Virus record (IMG/VR): IMGVR_UViG_3300009709_000002
Location: 96,001-160,000 of that record
Origin: a virus
Taxonomy: Duplodnaviria > Heunggongvirae > Uroviricota > Caudoviricetes
Strand: one strand, 5' to 3'
Length of the DNA: 64,000 nt
Shown here: in pieces, positions 1 to 7,079 of the stretch
Layout: every line of letters starts with the position of its first letter
How positions within the stretch are numbered: the first letter of the stretch is position 1
Position numbers and translations under genes: made by a program
The notes under the pieces: model-generated
What the model was told of the DNA's origin: nothing
Databases searched by the model: none
The model's input: the letters and a program-made list of their open reading frames with translations, nothing else

Positions 1-186
1 CGTGCTCGAGAAGATGAATCTCACCGTGCGACGTCGGATCATATCCAAGATCGCCGGTGTAGATGTACTCAAACTTACCAGCATCTGCGTAAGCTACGAT
101 CTTCTCATTCAGCACGATCAAAAATTGATCTACTGCGTTAGAAGAAAGCTTAGCTCTATTACGAGCTTCACAGGCAGTGATCATAT

Positions 187-591
187 TTACAGACGTCCTT
201 CACGACGAGCTTCATCCAAAGCAACTTGGATTTTCTTCTGCAACTCCGGGTGCTGAACAGGCATACCCGGATGCTCACGCGTAATATGCTTGATGATCAT
301 GCGTGTGCGCCAGTTCTTGCGAGCTGACAAACCGGTTTTCGACGTGTGCTCCGACTTTTGAGCTTCGGACAACATCACGCGATACTTCTTGTGCTCACGG
401 AGCTGTTCTTCCGTTAAACCGGTTTCCGACATCAGGCGACGAAGCAGCTTTGCTTCCTTACCGCCTGGTGCATGTGGCCCGGAGGGAATGCGCACGAGAC
501 CTTGTGTAACGTAATCGCCTTCTTCAGAATCCCAAACCCAGCCCAGTACACGCTTTTTCTTCATGCAGCGAATTGCGCTCTTGGAAGCCAT
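187..591 (-). CDS. hypothetical protein
   Basis: 134-aa ORF, start overlaps the upstream stop (TAATG). Confidence 0.7.
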   Translation of the reverse strand: MASKSAIRCMKKKRVLGWVWDSEEGDYVTQGLVRIPSGPHAPGGKEAKLLRRLMSETGLTEEQLREHKKYRVMLSEAQKSEHTSKTGLSARKNWRTRMIIKHITREHPGMPVQHPELQKKIQVALDEARREGRL

Positions 592-1046
592 TATGCAGCC
601 TTCTTGATCATCTTGCGAATGCGCTTTGCAACGTCAGCTGCAGTTACGTCTTCACCGTAGCTGTCAGGCATGAACAGCTTTTCAGCTTGTTTTTCAGTCA
701 GGTCGAAGAATGATTCAACAGCTTCCCATTCAGTGAGACCATCATAGTGGGGTACCAGCTTATGCTGGCTCTCACCGGTGACCAACGCAAAACCGAGCTT
801 TTGAAACTCTGGCATCATACCAGCGTGTCCGACTGCGCAAGCAGAGTAGCCGCAATTTGGCTCATTGGCTGCTTTCTTCTTCACTCGGATAGCCGAAACA
901 GCGCCAAGGAGCTTGCCAAAAGTCTTGAACTTGACGAAGTCTTCATGGATGATGCCACGATCACCCCAGTTCGAAAGATCAAAACCGATGGGAGACTTCA
1001 AAGTCTCCAGCTTAGTAGCTAGAAGCAGCAAACGTTCAATGTTCAT
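591..1046 (-). CDS. hypothetical phage protein
   Basis: 151-aa ORF, ACAVGHA motif, phage-like codon usage. Confidence 0.75.
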   Translation of the reverse strand: MNIERLLLLATKLETLKSPIGFDLSNWGDRGIIHEDFVKFKTFGKLLGAVSAIRVKKKAANEPNCGYSACAVGHAGMMPEFQKLGFALVTGESQHKLVPHYDGLTEWEAVESFFDLTEKQAEKLFMPDSYGEDVTAADVAKRIRKMIKKAA

Positions 1047-1066
1047 GTGAATCTCTGTGTTATGTT

Positions 1067-1205
1067 TGGAGAGGAAGGTAGGATTCGAACCATACCATCC
1101 ACGTCTGGCCCTAACTTAAGGCGGTGGCCACCGCTTTCAGCTAGCTGTACAAGTTCGACGTGGACTACGACTTAGCGCCGCTGACCCACCAGGGTCATCT
1201 TCCCC
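1067..1205 (-). ncRNA. 139-nt tRNA-like RNA with degenerate anticodon arm and ~70-nt branched variable arm
   Basis: Acceptor GGGGAAG/CTTCCTC + T-CCA; D hairpin TGACCC-TGGT-GGGTCA; T loop GGTTCGAATCC; inserted helix GTCCACGTC/GACGTGGAT. Confidence 0.75.
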
Positions 1206-1215
1206 ATAGAGGAAA

Positions 1216-1419
1216 CTAAACATCTACTTCTACTGCAACAAACTTGACGAGCCTGAACGTTCGATCAGGGTGCTTCTCACGAAGATCCTTGACCTTAGTC
1301 TTTGCAACTTCTTCGTCGCTAATCTGGAGCAACCCGTCGGGCTTCTCGAGATAGCGACGTTCCCAGCCGCGCTGGTACAAAATCTGGTAAAACGTTTCCG
1401 GCTCGTGCGCTTCAGTCAT
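1216..1419 (-). CDS. hypothetical protein (67 aa, start moved to MTEAHEP)
   Basis: ATG at 1419 overlaps end of the upstream gene; the N-terminal extension in the ORF track overlaps 1412..1609. Confidence 0.6.
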   Translation of the reverse strand: MTEAHEPETFYQILYQRGWERRYLEKPDGLLQISDEEVAKTKVKDLREKHPDRTFRLVKFVAVEVDV

Positions 1420-1609
1420 ATGCGAACATCGATGCTTCGACATCACGCAGGTTGATCTTGTTGCGACGAGCCTGGCGATTCGAGTGCTTCTTGTCAACAG
1501 CGGAAACGTGGCGACGTTCGCCTTCATATGCGCGTTGATCCTTGGCCTTCGGACGACGTTCTTGCTTGCCGAAGGTGCTTTCGAAATCATTCATCGTGAT
1601 GCTTTGCAT
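1412..1609 (-). CDS. small basic protein
   Basis: 65 aa, GGAGA RBS, first gene after promoter 1681-1709. Confidence 0.7.
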   Translation of the reverse strand: MQSITMNDFESTFGKQERRPKAKDQRAYEGERRHVSAVDKKHSNRQARRNKINLRDVEASMFAYD

Positions 1610-1680
1610 TTCTAATCTCCTAGAAGATTGAAAGAAGTTTGAGGTTTTAACGTTTCAGTTGTTTCCCTGACGTTAGAATA

Positions 1681-1709
1681 ATTATAACTCAAACTTTATG
1701 CAAAGTAAA
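1681..1709 (-). promoter_or_regulatory. early sigma70-type promoter
   Basis: TTTACT-N17-TATAAT. Confidence 0.8.
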
Positions 1710-1719
1710 CACTTTTCAA

Positions 1720-2070
1720 TCAATTTGTGCGAAATTCATTTGCTTGAAGTTCGCCACGTAATCCAGCCATGATGCGATTCCGATCTTTATGATCGATAGC
1801 TTCTAGGTGAGCATCAAAGGCATCACGTAGCGGCTCCCAAAGAGGAGAGAAGCCGCGAAAATCGTAGAAGCCACGAAGCAGGCTCAGCGATGCGTACAGA
1901 CCGATCTTCGCCGGTGTTTGTTCAATCGCCCAGTGGAATAGCTCATCAACCGTGCGAAAATCAATGCTGTCATTTGTGACTAGCTCATTGCGGTAGAAAG
2001 CTAGCAGGAAAGAGATTTCCTTGCTATCAGGATTGTTCAGGATGGCTTGTTGAACTTCTTTCAGCTTCAT
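1720..2070 (-). CDS. hypothetical protein
   Basis: ORF with AGGAG RBS right after tRNA-Ile2. Confidence 0.7.
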   Translation of the reverse strand: MKLKEVQQAILNNPDSKEISFLLAFYRNELVTNDSIDFRTVDELFHWAIEQTPAKIGLYASLSLLRGFYDFRGFSPLWEPLRDAFDAHLEAIDHKDRNRIMAGLRGELQANEFRTN

Positions 2071-2083
2071 GATCAACTCCTAG

Positions 2084-2158
2084 TGGTGGGCCGGGAGGGA
2101 GTCGAACCCTCATCAATCGGTTATGAGCCGAACGCTTTTACCGGTAAGCTAACGGCCC
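2084..2158 (-). tRNA. tRNA-Ile2 (anticodon CAT, presumably lysidine-modified, reads AUA); Met not excluded
   Basis: Loop CTCATAA, GGGCC acceptor with C4:G69 and C5:G68 (TilS-type), encoded CCA. Confidence 0.8.
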
Positions 2159-2170
2159 AGCGTTTCAAAA

Positions 2171-2260
2171 TGGCGGAAGGTGTGAGGATCGAACTCACGC
2201 GCCAGTTTCCCAGCGGCTTCGGCTTAGCAGGCCGACCAATTGCCACTCTTGCAACCTTCC
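2171..2260 (-). tRNA. tRNA-Ser(GCT)
   Basis: Loop CTGCTAA, long variable arm, G73, CCA. Confidence 0.92.
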
Positions 2261-2275
2261 ATGTTAAAAATGTTC

Positions 2276-2364
2276 CGGCGGAAGTATACAGAATCGAACT
2301 GTCACCGTATCTCTACAGTGGGCCGGGGTTCAAAGCCGGTTACCGCCCAGCGGTCCATACTTCC
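2276..2364 (-). tRNA. tRNA-Ser(TGA)
   Basis: Loop TTTGAAC, long variable arm, G73; ends CCG rather than CCA; C31.C39 mismatch. Confidence 0.85.
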
Positions 2365-2372
2365 ATTATATA

Positions 2373-2471
2373 CTAAAACGTGAAGTTTGTAATGATGCCC
2401 AGAAAGAAAAGTAAGAAGGCAGCAACTAACACGCCAATCATCCAGTTACTAGCCGGTTTATTCGCAATCAT
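2373..2471 (-). CDS. 32-aa single-TM peptide
   Basis: AGGAG RBS, MIANKPASNWMIGVLVAAFLLFFLGIITNFTF. Confidence 0.5.
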   Translation of the reverse strand: MIANKPASNWMIGVLVAAFLLFFLGIITNFTF

Positions 2472-2481
2472 CAAAATCTCC

Positions 2482-2564
2482 TGGTAGGCGCTACGGGATT
2501 CGAACCCGTAAAAGCACGGGGTTTAAGCCCGTCAGCTGTACCGATTTACATTAGCCAAGCGCCC
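2482..2564 (-). tRNA. tRNA-Leu(TAA), short variable loop, enlarged D arm
   Basis: Loop CTTAAAC, A73, CCA. Confidence 0.85.
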
Positions 2565-2569
2565 AAATA

Positions 2570-2797
2570 CTACTTGTGAATGCTCGGCAGCGTACGAGCA
2601 TAATGCGGCAGATCTTCCTCATACTGGTGATCATTCAACCAGCTAAGGATCATCTCACCAGCTTTTACATCATCTCGTTCATAAAACAGTTCAGGCCAAG
2701 GACCTCTGATGAACATATTGACGAATCGTTGTCCTAGCCGCTGTTGATCACCAGCCGCCTGCTTATGAAGATATACAAACTTTTCGAAAGCTGCCAT
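2570..2797 (-). CDS. hypothetical protein
   Basis: 75 aa from MAAFEKF, start coupled to upstream TAA; contains RLGQRF motif. Confidence 0.65.
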   Translation of the reverse strand: MAAFEKFVYLHKQAAGDQQRLGQRFVNMFIRGPWPELFYERDDVKAGEMILSWLNDHQYEEDLPHYARTLPSIHK

Positions 2798-2967
2798 TAT
2801 TTCGGCTTTCCGCAGCAAGGGCAGAACGGTAGCTCCGGAGTTTCTACTTCAACCGGCAAACCGATCTTGATCGCTTTGTGATGAATCCCTTGATCTGCAG
2901 CAGCGGCGAAGATTTTATCACCACCCCAAGGGAGCTTGTAAAACTGGACCATCACTTTAACTTTCAT
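2797..2967 (-). CDS. 56-aa protein with C-terminal CPCCG
   Basis: Read by hand: MKVKVMVQFYKLPWGG...PFCPCCGKPK. Confidence 0.55.
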   Translation of the reverse strand: MKVKVMVQFYKLPWGGDKIFAAAADQGIHHKAIKIGLPVEVETPELPFCPCCGKPK

Positions 2968-2971
2968 ATGC

Positions 2972-3046
2972 TCACATGAAAATGAGGAAACCGAGAATCA
3001 GCAAGACTACTATGACTACGCCAGCCTGCGTCCACTTATCATCCAT
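2972..3046 (-). CDS. 24-aa single-TM peptide
   Basis: AAGGA RBS, MDDKWTQAGVVIVVLLILGFLIFM. Confidence 0.5.
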   Translation of the reverse strand: MDDKWTQAGVVIVVLLILGFLIFM

Positions 3047-3068
3047 GATGATTCCTTGTAGTTAATCT

Positions 3069-3153
3069 TGGTACCCCCCAATCGGACTCGAACCGATAAA
3101 GGCACTCTTTTTGAGAGAGCTAGCTGTGCCAAATTTGCATTAGCCATGGGGGC
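3069..3153 (-). tRNA. tRNA-Leu(CAA), short variable loop, enlarged D arm
   Basis: Loop CTCAAAA, A73, CCA. Confidence 0.85.
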
Positions 3154-3158
3154 AATGA

Positions 3159-3431
3159 TTACTGCTTGTTTTCGCTGTTCTTACCGATGTGGTAACCGTC
3201 ACAGCGCATGCACTTGTAATTGCTGAAGTACACGCCACGTTTCTTTGCCATCGCTTGTGCTGCTTTCACAGCAGAAGCTTTGGTATTGTACATCACCTTT
3301 GGTTTCCCATTATAGTTCTCATGAGAGCGCTTGTGAACGAGTCCAAAGAGGTGTCCTTTGAAGAGGTTCTTGATCAGCCGTGTAGCTGGTAGCTGATCTT
3401 TAAGCGCGAGAAGAATATTTCGTAACTTCAT
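3159..3431 (-). CDS. small basic protein with YxCxxCxxxH motif
   Basis: Start MKLRNI overlaps upstream stop (ATGA). Confidence 0.65.
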   Translation of the reverse strand: MKLRNILLALKDQLPATRLIKNLFKGHLFGLVHKRSHENYNGKPKVMYNTKASAVKAAQAMAKKRGVYFSNYKCMRCDGYHIGKNSENKQ

Positions 3432-3658
3432 TTCAGAGCATTTAGCATATTGATGCCAACACCAAACGCTGTGCCCATGCACCAATTGTATGAAACCCAC
3501 TCATCAGAATATGGCACGAGCTTCTTGCTTTGAAAGTGTTCCTTCAACGCATACTTGAAATTTTCATCAGCGAGAACTTCACGGATCGAAGCTTTATTCC
3601 ACTTCGTATTCTGAAGACATGCTTGATACGCTTCTTCAATCTTTTCGAGAGTACTCAT
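3428..3658 (-). CDS. hypothetical protein
   Basis: 76 aa, ATGA-coupled. Confidence 0.65.
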   Translation of the reverse strand: MSTLEKIEEAYQACLQNTKWNKASIREVLADENFKYALKEHFQSKKLVPYSDEWVSYNWCMGTAFGVGINMLNALK

Positions 3659-4128
3659 TTGGTTCCTTTCAACTCAGCCAGCTTTTCTTCCAGCTTCTTG
3701 ATCTCATCAGCTACTCGAGCAGCTTCTAATTCAGCCAGCTTCTTCTTAGCTAGCCTTATCAGAGTTGATTCCAAATCTCTTTGGTCAATTAGCCAAGCAG
3801 TTGGAATGCGAATTTCAATTCCCTTCCACTCTTCATAATGATCATACACTGTATAGCTTTCAATGACATCACCGAGATCTATGTCATCATTATGATCCCA
3901 CACTTCACGAGCGTGAGCGACATATTCCGAATTGATCAACGTCACCTTTAGCGTATCTTCCGATTCATGAAATCCAGTGACCTGAATGAGAAATCGGTGA
4001 TTCGGAATAGTGACATCATTGATGCCGTTGCAGTATTTCTTCCAAAGCGTACAGAATATTCTAATGCGCTTTGCAAGAGTTGATGCAGTTCCAAAAGCTA
4101 AAACTATGTCTGATTTAGAGTAGATCAT
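3655..4128 (-). CDS. hypothetical protein
   Basis: 157 aa, C-terminal coiled coil, ATGA-coupled. Confidence 0.7.
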   Translation of the reverse strand: MIYSKSDIVLAFGTASTLAKRIRIFCTLWKKYCNGINDVTIPNHRFLIQVTGFHESEDTLKVTLINSEYVAHAREVWDHNDDIDLGDVIESYTVYDHYEEWKGIEIRIPTAWLIDQRDLESTLIRLAKKKLAELEAARVADEIKKLEEKLAELKGTK

Positions 4129-4766
4129 ATTTGAAAATCAACTTCAAGAAAACTTGGTAAATCATGAATTGAAATTTCATCAATTAAGAACTTGTCCTTT
4201 TCAGATCCAAACATCATCCTAAATTTACTTCCATCATATTCTTTTATGACTTGACCATATTTTCGCTTATTATTATCGCTAAGCCAACCTTTTACTTCAA
4301 TGAATAGATCAAATTCTGGCAAATAAAAATCTGGTGTATAGTGCCGTGTTCTACTATATGGAAGTACTTTTCGTTCAAATTTGATTTGATTTTCAACAAA
4401 TTTGATAGCTACATCTCGCTCCCAAGTGCCTTGAACTTTTACACCATTTACTTCAAACCATTTAACATGAGACTCATTTGCTTCATTGCGCTTAATCGTT
4501 CGTAAAGAATGTTTACGTTTAGCCTCATCAGACCAAAGTTTCGGTGCAGCATTTTTGCTAGCTTCACTAATATCTCTGCGCTTTTTAGCTGCAACTTCGG
4601 CACTAAAAATCTCTTCATATTTCTTCCCTCTAGTGCTCAACGTCTTACCGAGATTGTTATGCACTGGAGGCTTGCCATTACGATGAATGATACACCATCT
4701 ATAATGTGCATTTAACGATTGGGGGTGATCAAATTCACGACCACATTCACAAACGTTATTCTTCAT
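4125..4766 (-). CDS. PD-(D/E)xK endonuclease with N-terminal C2H2-like finger; probable free-standing homing endonuclease
   Basis: YTPDFYLP..FIEVKG motif; CECG..F..SLNAH; markedly AT-rich; inserted in tRNA array. Confidence 0.75.
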   Translation of the reverse strand: MKNNVCECGREFDHPQSLNAHYRWCIIHRNGKPPVHNNLGKTLSTRGKKYEEIFSAEVAAKKRRDISEASKNAAPKLWSDEAKRKHSLRTIKRNEANESHVKWFEVNGVKVQGTWERDVAIKFVENQIKFERKVLPYSRTRHYTPDFYLPEFDLFIEVKGWLSDNNKRKYGQVIKEYDGSKFRMMFGSEKDKFLIDEISIHDLPSFLEVDFQI

Positions 4767-4855
4767 GGTACCCTTAGTCGGATTCGAACCGACAATACAC
4801 TTTCGTGGCTCTCGCTACTCAGGCGAGCGACTTTGCCTAATTTGTCCATAAGGGC
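4766..4855 (-). tRNA. tRNA-Leu(GAG)
   Basis: Loop CTGAGTA (unusual T37), long variable arm, CCA. Confidence 0.88.
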
Positions 4856-4859
4856 AATA

Positions 4860-5066
4860 TCATACTCGTTCTACGTAAAATTCGCCTTTACACACAGCAC
4901 GAGCAGGGTTGGTATCTAAACCGTAAGGATAGTCACGACCGGTGATTTCCTTTCGGAGAGCAATGACGCTTTCATGTACGCAGTATGGCTCGAGGTCCAT
5001 ATCCATGCCGCATGAAACACAACCATTACCACGAAGTCCATGACAGCTTTTATCTTCGTTTGCCAT
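4860..5066 (-). CDS. Cys-rich hypothetical protein
   Basis: 68 aa between two tRNAs, GAGA RBS. Confidence 0.6.
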   Translation of the reverse strand: MANEDKSCHGLRGNGCVSCGMDMDLEPYCVHESVIALRKEITGRDYPYGLDTNPARAVCKGEFYVERV

Positions 5067-5086
5067 GATATTCTCAAAAGTTTAGT

Positions 5087-5172
<86 letters not shown>

Positions 5173-5183
5173 ATTATACTACT

Positions 5184-5268
5184 TGGTGCGGAGAAGGGGA
5201 CTCGAACCCCTACGTCTCTAGGACACAGCGTTCTTAGCGCTGCAAGGCTACCATTACATCACCTCCGC
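5184..5268 (-). tRNA. tRNA-Leu(AAG)
   Basis: Stem CAGCG/CGCTG, loop CTAAGAA, long variable arm, CCA. Confidence 0.88.
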
Positions 5269-5279
5269 AATACAACTTC

Positions 5280-5363
5280 TGGTGGGGAGAGTAGGATTCG
5301 AACCTACGAAGTCGAAACAACGGATTTACAGTCCGCCCCCTTTGGCCGCTCAGGAACCTCCCC
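5280..5363 (-). tRNA. tRNA-Tyr(GTA), canonical
   Basis: Loop CTGTAAA, Tyr-type D loop and variable arm, CCA. Confidence 0.95.
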
Positions 5364-5375
5364 AGGGATTTACTA

Positions 5376-5457
5376 CGGTGGATGCACTAGGAATCGAACC
5401 TAGCTGCCAGAGGCCACGGGTTTACAGTCCGCTAAGTACACCAGTACAATTACATCC
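5376..5457 (-). tRNA. tRNA-Tyr(GTA), atypical
   Basis: Loop CTGTAAA; D arm GTAC-TGGT-GTAC; A31.C39 mismatch; ends CCG. Confidence 0.8.
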
Positions 5458-5486
5458 AAATATTTGCAACGATTACGATAAAAGTA

Positions 5487-5515
5487 ATTCTATCACTAAC
5501 AGTCCATCATGTAAA
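5487..5515 (-). promoter_or_regulatory. early sigma70-type promoter inside the tRNA array
   Basis: TTTACA-N17-TAGAAT. Confidence 0.75.
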
Positions 5516-5528
5516 CTTATTTGCAACT

Positions 5529-5619
5529 TGGTGGAGCACGGACGGAATCGAACCTCATGCCCAGAGGGAAGAGCTTTACAGGCTCCCGATAGCACCAGCC
5601 ATCCTTACTTACGCGCTCC
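5529..5619 (-). tRNA. tRNA-Tyr(GTA), atypical 8/4 fold
   Basis: 8-bp acceptor GGAGCGCG/CGTGCTCC, 6-bp D stem with TGGT loop, loop CTGTAAA, CCA. Confidence 0.72.
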
Positions 5620-5629
5620 ATTTACTTCT

Positions 5630-5708
5630 TGGTCCCCTCAGTGGGAGTCGAACCCACAAAATCTCTCGGTTCTGAGCCGAGCGGCTTTACCAAATTGCCC
5701 ATGAGGGG
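5630..5708 (-). tRNA. tRNA-Leu(CAG), short variable loop
   Basis: Loop CTCAGAA, 7-nt variable region, A73, CCA. Confidence 0.88.
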
Positions 5709-5722
5709 AGAAACAAGTCTTG

Positions 5723-5756
5723 AAAATCAACAGAGGCCTCTAAATAGAGGCCTCTG
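5723..5756 (-). terminator. intrinsic terminator (attenuator 3:4 hairpin) upstream of the first tRNA
   Basis: CAGAGGCCTCT-ATTT-AGAGGCCTCTG followed by TTGATTTT. Confidence 0.8.
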
Positions 5757-5811
5757 CTTTGAAAATCTTGTGTGAACTATATCACATATCGACCTTCAAA
5801 CCGACGCCTCT
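5746..5811 (-). promoter_or_regulatory. antiterminator (2:3) hairpin
   Basis: AGAGGC/GCCTCT, TTTGAAGGTC/GATTTTCAAA and TGTGA/TCACA helices; sequesters the 5' arm of the terminator. Confidence 0.72.
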
Positions 5812-5877
5812 CAATTCGCTATAGAGCGAATAAGATAGCAACGAGCTTGACAGTAAGGATATGTTGAAAGTGTTCAT
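5782..5877 (-). CDS. attenuator leader peptide MNTFNISLLSSSLLSYSLYSELRGVGLKVDM (31 aa)
   Basis: Codons 6-20 are all ATA/Ser/Leu/Tyr; ATG 5 nt after TATAAATA; stop lies inside the antiterminator. Confidence 0.78.
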   Translation of the reverse strand: MNTFNISLLSSSLLSYSLYSELRGVGLKVDM

Positions 5878-5882
5878 GATGT

Positions 5883-5890
5883 TATTTATA
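5883..5890 (-). promoter_or_regulatory. T4-type late promoter
   Basis: TATAAATA; predicted +1 is the A of the leader ATG. Confidence 0.7.
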
Positions 5891-5941
5891 AGAGTGGTGG
5901 AAAACTCATCCAAAATGGTTGGTGTCCAACCGATAGATGAA

Positions 5942-6613
5942 TTATATTCCAACTAGCTCTGAAAGTAAATTACTTTGTGGCATAGTTTTCAACATGCTCT
6001 TTGGGTACATGAAGTGGTAGTACTCTTGCTTGTGTCGCGTGCCATCATCAGCATGGTTAGCGCAATAACCACATCGAATCCAGTCATTGAAGGAACGGCA
6101 TGGAAAGTTTTTCACGTTCAATCCAAGGCCAGTTTTCATCGCATATCGTGCCAAATAATCTGCACGGTTCATCTCAACGAAACGATCATGACCCTTCATG
6201 TATGAGATGCGAGCGTGCTTCAAACAATTTTGAACTTGCCTGAAGATCTTCATGCCATAAAATTCCATGCAAGCTGCCTGGAATGATTGTAACACTCTAT
6301 CTCGATGGGTGAACATGGCATTATCATCATGCATCGCCATATTTGCGTAGGCGATAGGATGAAAATCGGAGTAGAAACTCATATCTTCATACCGAAAACC
6401 ATAGTCGAGACCAAGCAACATACCTTCAATGAAGGCACAATATTCATGGTATCCCATTGATTCTCTATTTGCGGTAGAAAAACCAGAGATCTCTTTTGTT
6501 GTCCCATTAAAGTGGGCCACGATTCCCCAGCCAATACCACGAAGCCGTCCAGATTTTTGACCTAAGATCTTAGCGCCGGCAGATCCATCTACGATGATTT
6601 GAATTTTGCTCAT
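5942..6613 (-). CDS. RNase H-like protein
   Basis: VDGS..GWG..E..YSD..KGH..NRAD pattern of RNase HI. Confidence 0.65.
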   Translation of the reverse strand: MSKIQIIVDGSAGAKILGQKSGRLRGIGWGIVAHFNGTTKEISGFSTANRESMGYHEYCAFIEGMLLGLDYGFRYEDMSFYSDFHPIAYANMAMHDDNAMFTHRDRVLQSFQAACMEFYGMKIFRQVQNCLKHARISYMKGHDRFVEMNRADYLARYAMKTGLGLNVKNFPCRSFNDWIRCGYCANHADDGTRHKQEYYHFMYPKSMLKTMPQSNLLSELVGI

Positions 6614-6683
6614 GATTGTATGTGACCATTTGACATGGTCATTATATCATACAATCATGAGAAAGGAATGTAACTAGAGGTCT

Positions 6684-6950
6684 TTAGAACTCAAACATGG
6701 CCGTTTTATTGGCCAGCTCTTCAAGGACGTGACCGTGACACGCTAAAGGTGCACACCAGCATCCCAGAGTTTTACCACGAAGTGATGCTAATTGAGCTAA
6801 AAGTTCAGGTTGGCCAAGCAACCAGTCACGATATTTGTCAATTACCTCACCTCTTGTACCGTCTTTGTCAATCTCAAATGGGTTACCCCAAATGCTTGGG
6901 CGTCCAATGTAGACGTCATATCTTGCTTTCTTGCAATGAACTACTGCCAT
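6684..6950 (-). CDS. DUF4326 family protein
   Basis: YIGRPS.WGNPF ... LGCWCAP..CHG. Confidence 0.85.
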   Translation of the reverse strand: MAVVHCKKARYDVYIGRPSIWGNPFEIDKDGTRGEVIDKYRDWLLGQPELLAQLASLRGKTLGCWCAPLACHGHVLEELANKTAMFEF

Positions 6951-7034
6951 GTAAACCTCGAAAATAGAGCCCGTTCTATCTGAACGGCATGAAGGGCACT
7001 ACAGCCTCTTTTCTTAGTTTCATCTTTGCTATAC

Positions 7035-7057
7035 AAAAAGCCCCGCTCGAGCGGGGT
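7035..7057 (-). terminator. intrinsic terminator
   Basis: CCCCGC-TCGA-GCGGGG + CTTTTT. Confidence 0.75.
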
Positions 7058-7079
7058 CTTATTGGTCTTACTTCAGCAA

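Noticed and set aside
1067-1205. tmRNA (SmpB is encoded nearby), tRNA-Sec or amber suppressor
   Set aside because: No G3.U70/A73 alanine identity and no tag ORF; no UCA anticodon; reading CUA needs a loop without U33 and a 4-bp stem.
2047-2376. Plus-strand ORFs over tRNA genes (also 5040..5237, 5282..5704)
   Set aside because: They are antisense translations of tRNA sequences.
2365-2393. Promoter-like ATTACA-N17-TATAAT
   Set aside because: The -10 box abuts the tRNA-Ser 5' end, so transcription would start inside the tRNA; it also overlaps a small ORF.
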